A DNA stretch of 64,000 nucleotides from Candidatus Shapirobacteria bacterium (GTDB lineage: Bacteria > Patescibacteriota > Microgenomatia > UBA12405). The DNA lies in contig JACPHO010000001.1 of assembly GCA_016188545.1 (NCBI GenBank), positions 90,774 to 154,773 of the forward strand, in the 5' to 3' direction. Position numbers and translations under genes: made by a program. Each line of letters opens with the position of its first letter. Positions within the stretch are counted from its first letter, which is position 1. Shown here in pieces: positions 57,271 to 64,000 of this stretch. The notes under the pieces were generated by a model. That model was not told the DNA's origin, ran no database searches, and worked only from the letters and a program-made list of their open reading frames with translations.

Positions 57271-59361
57271 TTAACGAACAATTTTTATATCCACTGCCCA
57301 TGTCTTGTCGTGGGTAATAACCAGTGGGTTAATCTCCATTTCTTTTATTTCTTCAAATACACTCATTAGTTGACCCAGTCCATCTATGGCTTGGTACAAA
57401 CTGTCGAGATTGTAAGCGCTATCGTCCCGATATCCTGCTAATAATTTATATACTTTAGATTGGGAAACAATTTTTTTAATGTTTTCCATATCAGTCGGCC
57501 AGGAAATTAAGCTATGGTCGTCCAATATTTCGGCATATTTCCCCCCGGCTCCAAATAGGATAAAGATCCCAAAAACAGGATCCCTTTTTACCCCCACTAT
57601 CACCTCGACCCCGCTTCCGATTTGACTTTGAATCTCAATTTTAATTGGTTCACTGTAACTGCTTTGTAGTCCTACTACCACTTTTTTAATTTCCCCAAAC
57701 GATTTTTCCAGTTCAACCACATCCCTAATATTCGTTTTTACTCCACCAATGTCCGACTTATGAAGAATATCCTCTGAACGTATTTTTAGAACAACCGGCC
57801 AGCCATTTACTTTAGCAAATCCCAGGGCATCCACTTCTGTTTTTACAATTGCCGTCGCTGGAGTTTTCACACTCAGTATGGACATTATTTTTTCCTTATC
57901 GTAATTCTCGAGTGCCGCTTGTATCTCATCAACATCCATTTTTATAGTCTTAGTTGTATCTGAAGAAAATTGTTCTACTCCCTTTCTCCACTTTTCCCAC
58001 TTCCATACGGTTGCCAGTGTTTTAACCGCTCTTTCGGGAAAGTCAAAGTTAGTAATCTTTAATTTATTCAAAATATCCCGACCTGTAGCTACTTTTTTTC
58101 CACCCACAAATGTACAATAAATTGGTTTAGTTGTCTTGGAAGATACAGTCCCAATAACTTCAGCCGTTTTTTCCACTTGGGTCATCAGTTGCGGAGTCAA
58201 TACCACCAGTATCGAGTCAGTATTCTCATCATCGATAACCTTATTTAATACCTTTTCAAATCTATCTTGCAGAGCATCTCCCAGTAAGTCAATCGGGTTT
58301 TGAATTGACGCGATTTTAGGAAGATATTCCCGCAGACTTTTTTTAGTTGATTCTGTCAATGTCGCCAACTCCAATCCGTATTTTTCAATCGAGTCGGACA
58401 CCATCACCGCTGGTCCCCCGGCATTGGTGACTACAGCTACCCTTGGTCCACTGGGAACTTTACTCCAGGTAAATACCTGTGCCAAGTCAAAAAAATCACT
58501 TAACTCATGACACCGAATTCCCCCGACTTGGGCAATCGCCGACTCAAAAATTTTATCCTCACCAGCAATAGCCCCGGTATGGGACTGCATCGCTCTAGCG
58601 GCACTTTTCCCTTTCCCAGGTTTCATAATAAATACCGGGTTGTTTGGAGTGATTTTCTTTACTATATTAATAAAATCAGTCCCCCGATCGATTGACTCCA
58701 GGTACATACCCACTGGTACTATTCTCGGATTAGACTCATTACTCAGTTGCCCTTCCCAATACTCCAATATATCGACTTCAGACAAAACTGCTTTATTACC
58801 AATTGTTACAAATGAATCAAACCCTAATTTTGTTGTATTGCACCAGTCAAACAAACTAGCCGCCAAAGAACCCGACTGAGACACCAGTTTCAGTACTCCC
58901 TTATCAATCTCACTATGCCCAAATGTTACGTTAAGGGGGAGGTGTGTGCTGGCAAACCCCATACAGTTTGGTCCCAATATATTTAGCTTATATTTTTCGG
59001 CAATCTCTACCAATTCATCCTCAATTTTCTTGCCATCAGTACCCGTCTCTTTATAACCCGAAGAAAAGATTACGATGTTTTTTACACCCTTTTCACCACA
59101 CTCAGTTAATATCTCAAAAACCTTTATTACCGGGACTGCCACCACCACCAAGTCTGGTATTTGCGGTAGAGAAGTAATGTTTTTAAAAAATTTTAATCCA
59201 CCAAATTCGTTAATATTAGGGTTAACAGGGAACAGCTTACCCTTGTAACCCGACAAGATAATATTTTTTAAAGCTATCGCTCCCACTTTTAGAGGGTCAC
59301 TCGATGCCCCAACTATGGCTATAGATTTTGGATTAAACAAACCATCTAATTGTCGGGTCAT
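57271..59361 (-). CDS. Acetate-CoA ligase (ADP-forming) family protein, fused alpha/beta
   Basis: PKSIAIVGAS, GPNCMG, SQSG, SHTGA (phospho-His), NAGG, NPIDL, HKSDIGGV, EINPL. Confidence 0.9.
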   Translation of the reverse strand: MTRQLDGLFNPKSIAIVGASSDPLKVGAIALKNIILSGYKGKLFPVNPNINEFGGLKFFKNITSLPQIPDLVVVAVPVIKVFEILTECGEKGVKNIVIFSSGYKETGTDGKKIEDELVEIAEKYKLNILGPNCMGFASTHLPLNVTFGHSEIDKGVLKLVSQSGSLAASLFDWCNTTKLGFDSFVTIGNKAVLSEVDILEYWEGQLSNESNPRIVPVGMYLESIDRGTDFINIVKKITPNNPVFIMKPGKGKSAARAMQSHTGAIAGEDKIFESAIAQVGGIRCHELSDFFDLAQVFTWSKVPSGPRVAVVTNAGGPAVMVSDSIEKYGLELATLTESTKKSLREYLPKIASIQNPIDLLGDALQDRFEKVLNKVIDDENTDSILVVLTPQLMTQVEKTAEVIGTVSSKTTKPIYCTFVGGKKVATGRDILNKLKITNFDFPERAVKTLATVWKWEKWRKGVEQFSSDTTKTIKMDVDEIQAALENYDKEKIMSILSVKTPATAIVKTEVDALGFAKVNGWPVVLKIRSEDILHKSDIGGVKTNIRDVVELEKSFGEIKKVVVGLQSSYSEPIKIEIQSQIGSGVEVIVGVKRDPVFGIFILFGAGGKYAEILDDHSLISWPTDMENIKKIVSQSKVYKLLAGYRDDSAYNLDSLYQAIDGLGQLMSVFEEIKEMEINPLVITHDKTWAVDIKIVR

Positions 59362-59396
59362 TATATAAAGGTTAGCACAATGGTATATATTTAATT

Positions 59397-60008
59397 ATGC
59401 ATAAACTGATCGACTATGTTTGTAATCTTTTCATCAAAAACAGCCCCCAGTTTATTGGACTTATTAAGGTTGGCTATTTCGCCCTTAGCCTGTTTGTCGG
59501 TATTGTTTTGACTTCCCCCTACCATGCCAGAATTAGTAATTTGTTTGGTGAAGCAGCTGTTGTGTTTTACATCTTAACCCTCATTCCTGGTATTGCCATG
59601 AGACTGGGGATCCATCATTCGGTGTTTAACCTACTCCGGCTATATCGGCGGTTTATCGGTATTGCCATGTATCTTTTAGTTTTATCGCATGTAGTTCTAA
59701 AAAAATTCCCCGAACTTATACCCGATCTTTCAACCACCCCTACCTTTGAGCTAATGGGCATAGTCTCTCTTATAATTTTTTTGTTACTATTTCTTACCTC
59801 AAATAATCGTAGTCAAAAACTATTGGGCATTGGTTGGGTCTATCTCCACAAACTAACCTATATTGGTATGTTTTTTATATTATTGCATCTATCTCTCCAA
59901 GGATCGAAAAATTGGGGACTACTGATGTGGGTTACTATAGTCCTCGAACTTGTGTCGTTTTACGTAGCTTCCAGGAGATCTCTTCCTGTTAAAATACGAC
60001 ATGAGTAG
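59397..60008 (+). CDS. Ferric reductase-like transmembrane protein (MsrQ-like)
   Basis: RRFIGI, LSH, LTSN, W..LHKLTY, LLH. Confidence 0.8.
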   Translation: MHKLIDYVCNLFIKNSPQFIGLIKVGYFALSLFVGIVLTSPYHARISNLFGEAAVVFYILTLIPGIAMRLGIHHSVFNLLRLYRRFIGIAMYLLVLSHVVLKKFPELIPDLSTTPTFELMGIVSLIIFLLLFLTSNNRSQKLLGIGWVYLHKLTYIGMFFILLHLSLQGSKNWGLLMWVTIVLELVSFYVASRRSLPVKIRHE

Positions 60009-61770
60009 TATTGCCAAAATTCTTAAGTTATCCCGTCCTTTGCATGGTTGGATTTTTGTCGCCATAGTCCTGATCGTCGCCCAGTCGGTACTACAACTAG
60101 CCACTCCGGTCATTCTCAAAAATGTTGTCGACCAGTTGTCTGTCCAAATAAGCCGTGGTACGGGGGATTATCCCAGTTTGTTTTCTCAGTTTGTTCTCAT
60201 TCTGATTATCAACTTGGCCATTCTTGTTTTTAGTTCCCTGGGTCAACGACTTGGTGACTTCATCGCCTCCCGGCTGGGGCGTTACCTGACCGAAGTTTAC
60301 TACCGTAAAATATTTACTCTTCCCCAGCCTTATTTCGACTCTGAAATCTCTGGTAAGATGGTCAACCAGCTAAGTCGGGGTATCAACTCTATCCGTGAAT
60401 TTATGGGGATGACTACCAACTTTATTGGCCCTTCCCTTCTTCAAGCAACCTTCGGCATTATTCTTTTAAGTTACTACAATCTGACAATCGGATTTTTGGC
60501 TTTTCTGGTTTTTCCGGTTTACATCGCTATTTCCAGCTTTTCCACCTATCGTTGGGGACTCCTTCAAAAAGAAAAAAATATTCACGAAGACTCTGTCCGG
60601 GGGCGGATTGCTGAAGTAATCAGCAATATCAAGTTGGTCAAAACCTACAATACCCAATCTCGGGAGTGGCAATATGCCAGTGATCAGTATCAGACCATCA
60701 ACAATATCTATGATCGTCAGTCTACCCAGTATCATGTTTACAATTTTGCCCGTGGTTTTGTTCTGGAATTGGCTTTTGTCAGCATTCTTTTTTTGATTTT
60801 CAAAAATACTTTCATTGGTGTCCTCACCTTAGGTGAAATGGTTTTAATCATCCAAGTCCTAAATATGCTCCGGTGGCCGCTTTATGCCATGAGTATGATT
60901 CTTGAACGAATCCGTCAGGCTGAAGCCGACTCAAAAGCATTTTTCGAGGTCTTAGATTTGAAAGGTACAGAAGTCTTCCACTCCAAAGCCGTCTCCAAGT
61001 TGGTCAAAAATCCCGGGCTTACATTTGATCATGTTAACTTTTCCTACGACACCAGTAACCCCGTTCTTTCAGATATAAATTTAAAACTTGATCGTAAGGA
61101 AACGGTGGCTATAGTTGGCCACTCCGGTGCCGGCAAGTCGACTTTAATTAATTTAATTCTCAAACTTTACGAACCAACCTCCGGGCATATTACTTTATCC
61201 GGAAAATCTTATCGCCGTTATAGTCACACCTGGATTCGCGAACACATGGCTCTCGTTTTTCAGGACAACGAGTTATTTTCTTCTACCATTAGAGAAAATG
61301 TCGCCTACGGTTTACCCTCAGCTACCGACTCAGAAATAATTAAAGCCCTAAAACAAGCCAACGCTCTCGAGTTTGTCGATAAACTAAAAGATGGTCTCTA
61401 CGCCAAAATCGGCGAAAGGGGAGTCAAGCTCTCCGGTGGCCAAAAACAACGTATCCAAATCGCCCGGGCAATTCTCCACAATAAACCCATCCTCATTCTC
61501 GACGAAGCCACCAGTAGCCTCGACTCCAAGTCAGAACGCCTTGTCCAAGATGCTCTGGAAAAATTGTACAAAAATCATTTGGTAATTATCATCGCCCACA
61601 GGTTCTCCACTATCCAAAGTGTTGACCGGATAGTGGTACTAGATAAGGGGACTATTATCGATTCTGGTAAGCCCCAAGATTTAGCCCTTCGCCCCGGACT
61701 ATATTCCGAACTGTTGAAATATCAAATTGAAGGTAACAAAAAACTCCTCAGCAAGTACGAGTTGTACTAG
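60001..61770 (+). CDS. ABC transporter, fused permease/ATPase
   Basis: N-terminal TM domain; GHSGAGKST, LSGGQKQR, ILDEATS, AHR. Confidence 0.95.
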   Translation: MSSIAKILKLSRPLHGWIFVAIVLIVAQSVLQLATPVILKNVVDQLSVQISRGTGDYPSLFSQFVLILIINLAILVFSSLGQRLGDFIASRLGRYLTEVYYRKIFTLPQPYFDSEISGKMVNQLSRGINSIREFMGMTTNFIGPSLLQATFGIILLSYYNLTIGFLAFLVFPVYIAISSFSTYRWGLLQKEKNIHEDSVRGRIAEVISNIKLVKTYNTQSREWQYASDQYQTINNIYDRQSTQYHVYNFARGFVLELAFVSILFLIFKNTFIGVLTLGEMVLIIQVLNMLRWPLYAMSMILERIRQAEADSKAFFEVLDLKGTEVFHSKAVSKLVKNPGLTFDHVNFSYDTSNPVLSDINLKLDRKETVAIVGHSGAGKSTLINLILKLYEPTSGHITLSGKSYRRYSHTWIREHMALVFQDNELFSSTIRENVAYGLPSATDSEIIKALKQANALEFVDKLKDGLYAKIGERGVKLSGGQKQRIQIARAILHNKPILILDEATSSLDSKSERLVQDALEKLYKNHLVIIIAHRFSTIQSVDRIVVLDKGTIIDSGKPQDLALRPGLYSELLKYQIEGNKKLLSKYELY

Positions 61771-62081
61771 CGTGCTTCAACCATTTGGGCAAGTTTTTCC
61801 ATATTTTCTCCCGTCAACAGTTCCGTGTGTGTGTTAAGTTGTTGCCGAGCTTCACCCAAAACTTTTGGGCTTCTTGTGCCTCTTCTCTCAAGTACGCTAA
61901 TAGCATAAGCAAGAATTTGTTTATTTTGCTGTTCAATCGGAACATCTTGTTTTCGGATCGATACTGTTATCGGCCCAAGTGCTAAAATTGGTTTTTCTCC
62001 AGCAGAAATAATTACATCTGCCAACACGTATGGAATCCCTAATTCACTGTTAATATTTTTTACAAGTGTTCTTTTGTTCAT
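61767..62081 (-). CDS. Hypothetical protein
   Basis: 104-aa ORF with ATG start and an upstream -10-like box. Confidence 0.5.
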   Translation of the reverse strand: MNKRTLVKNINSELGIPYVLADVIISAGEKPILALGPITVSIRKQDVPIEQQNKQILAYAISVLERRGTRSPKVLGEARQQLNTHTELLTGENMEKLAQMVEAR

Positions 62082-62158
62082 AATCCTATAATAACATCAT
62101 ATGTCATTTTATCTTGACCGATCTTGACAATAATATAGGATAGTTGGTATACTATAGG

Positions 62159-63184
62159 ATGTTAACTAGATGGGTTTACTCTATTGAGACCGAATCAGAG
62201 CGGCTAATGCACTGTGCTCGTCAGATTGCTTGCGGTTTTTATCGTTCCAATGGTTTTACTGTTCTACCTTATACTCCCAGTCAATACTTGTCTCAGATAG
62301 TCACTTTTCCCAATTTGTCATACAACAATATCCCTAGGTTTTGGGAGCAAGTCCGCAAAATCAACGTCGACTCTTTCCCTTTAGTTATCGATCCAAAGTT
62401 ATTTAACACTATTACCAAACTACTTGGCTCAATTGATATAAAAAAACCTCAATTCGATGAAGTCAAAGAACTTTGGACTCAGTGCGAATCCGAAGTTATT
62501 TCAGAAATATACAAGGTGTTACCTCAAAAAAATAACATCATCAAAAAAATCACTATTCACCCCACTTCTTTTGGGACTAGTTGTAGTTTTAATCAGATCG
62601 AAGACACAGGTGAAGTAATCATGTACCTCCGAGAGGGCAGTGGAGTCCACACAATTACCGAAGCTATCATCACCGTTTTAACCAGACTTGATATTTCCAA
62701 TAAGCTCAGTGGACTATGGGCCGAGTCAGAAATGATAACTGACTTTTTGGTTACTCAAACTTCAATCGCCAAAGTCATAGAAAAATATGAAGCCGCTGAA
62801 TTTTTCCAGCCAACAATCCGCGGAACTCGTGGAAAAGAAACAGCCAAAATCATTCAAGAATCAAATCAATATTACCAAAAGCTTGGTTTACCTTCGTTTG
62901 ACCAACCATTCTCTTTAGTGGATGATAAGCCCCACCTTTTCAATAAACCTATGTTGGATCTAAGTCAGACAGAACTGGGTTTATTCCGTGAGCTGATAAA
63001 GAATCAAAACCAAGTGGTCGACTTTGATTCTCTAGGTTCATCCATTTCCAAAGATGAGGATGACTTTAGTCTCTATGCTATTTCCAAAACAGTCCAGCGC
63101 CTCCGCGACAAATTCGAAGCCAACGGTATCTCCGGTTCCTATATCCAAACCCTCCGCGGCAAAGGCTATCTACTCAAGAACTAA
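62159..63184 (+). CDS. Protein with a C-terminal OmpR/PhoB-type winged helix and no receiver domain
   Basis: LSQTE..LF.ELI.N..VV..SLYAISKTVQRLRDKF..IQTLRGKGY; TTGACA-N18-TATACT upstream. Confidence 0.78.
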   Translation: MLTRWVYSIETESERLMHCARQIACGFYRSNGFTVLPYTPSQYLSQIVTFPNLSYNNIPRFWEQVRKINVDSFPLVIDPKLFNTITKLLGSIDIKKPQFDEVKELWTQCESEVISEIYKVLPQKNNIIKKITIHPTSFGTSCSFNQIEDTGEVIMYLREGSGVHTITEAIITVLTRLDISNKLSGLWAESEMITDFLVTQTSIAKVIEKYEAAEFFQPTIRGTRGKETAKIIQESNQYYQKLGLPSFDQPFSLVDDKPHLFNKPMLDLSQTELGLFRELIKNQNQVVDFDSLGSSISKDEDDFSLYAISKTVQRLRDKFEANGISGSYIQTLRGKGYLLKN

Positions 63185-63215
63185 TTATCCTGCCAGATAA
63201 ATTTCCACTTATTGC

Positions 63216-63443
63216 TCAATCAACAACCTGTCTTATCTCGAAGAACTTGACGATTTTTTGAATATCTTGTTCTGATAATGGATGTAGATCAGATTTCCCA
63301 CCAAAGCTTCCCGAAGAGCGAACAAAAAAGACCCCGTCATTTTCGACAAAGCAAAGTCCTTCTTCTCTTCCATTCCCTGATATAGTCGGCGTAGCAAACA
63401 GCTCCAACACTCCTACGCCATTTATGTTGATATGTTTTGTCAT
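63216..63443 (-). CDS. Hypothetical protein
   Basis: MTKHININGVGVL... (75 aa; ORF track extends to 63512). Confidence 0.45.
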   Translation of the reverse strand: MTKHININGVGVLELFATPTISGNGREEGLCFVENDGVFFVRSSGSFGGKSDLHPLSEQDIQKIVKFFEIRQVVD

Positions 63444-63581
63444 ATATAATTTTATTATAACTGAAATATGATACTCGAAATCCAATGACTTATCTTGACA
63501 CAACTTTGACAATTACACAGCCAATGTTTATTGGTTAACTTGGACTTTTATTCATAAAAGCAGTACAATCGCACTGACAAT

Positions 63582-63953
63582 ATGAAAGACGGACGAAACT
63601 GTATTAGCTACGCTATTGCTACCGATGCTGGCCTATCGGAACCAAAACACGGTACTCACCCCATGCCTCTTAATGAACTATTGGGTTATTACGAAGAGGT
63701 GCCTCTGGATCGGGCATCTATTGTCGGAGGTGCTGTCAACAATGGTCGTGAAGAAGTGGTCGAGCATCTGGCCAAAGTTGATCCAACAAATAAAACCGTG
63801 GCTACACATCGAGTTGGTCCAGGCAAGGCGGTTGAGCCGGTTCCTGTGGCTCAAATAATTTCCACCTACTCAAGTCAAATCTCTTTATCACTTAGAAGGC
63901 GGCCGATGATGTCTGGCTCCGATGTCGTCAATGCTTTACTAGATACCACTTAG
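63582..63953 (+). CDS. Hypothetical protein
   Basis: 123 aa; NCISYA...H spacing is reminiscent of papain-fold proteins. Confidence 0.5.
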   Translation: MKDGRNCISYAIATDAGLSEPKHGTHPMPLNELLGYYEEVPLDRASIVGGAVNNGREEVVEHLAKVDPTNKTVATHRVGPGKAVEPVPVAQIISTYSSQISLSLRRRPMMSGSDVVNALLDTT

Positions 63954-64000
63954 CTAATTACCGCTCTTTGTTTTACATTAGCTATTCTTTTCCAAGTCTT

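Overview
64 kb chromosomal window from an AT-rich, reduced bacterium. The gene content (CPR-type VirB4/TrwB-like ATPase, HTH+LAGLIDADG-like orphan, short RpoD, many orphans, TAnnnT boxes directly before start codons) points to Patescibacteria/CPR, probably Microgenomates; the taxonomy is inference. The code is 11 (TGA is used as a stop). 1-17 kb is mostly core: ftsB-like, Xer recombinase, polyprenyl synthase, dnaG-rpoD, GT-C glycosyltransferase. At 18391-18682 a tRNA-Asn(GTT) is split inside the anticodon by a 220-nt group I intron. Its 3' end is repeated at 24566-24584, bracketing a ~5.9 kb integrase-less island (unknown 446 aa protein, transketolase, pteridine-reductase-like SDR, stop-interrupted folE, dead GIY-YIG). 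25.8-38.3 kb is a defence/accessory region: RhuM, SWIM, AbiE toxin-antitoxin pair, an HFS-motif surface protein coupled to Lgt, a type II R-M system and XRE-ImmA. 40.8-45.6 kb holds the best candidate for an undescribed system: NrtR-like Nudix regulator, RaSEA-like radical SAM enzyme, a J-like/NMNAT/PRTase fusion protein and NadE. The rest is transport and redox genes, an ECF sigma operon and an ADP-forming acetate-CoA ligase. Small repeat families (nested REP-like palindromes, 20-21 bp palindromes translated in frame, 7-bp tandem repeats) and several single-lesion pseudogenes are scattered throughout. All calls come from motif recognition by eye; no database searches were run.
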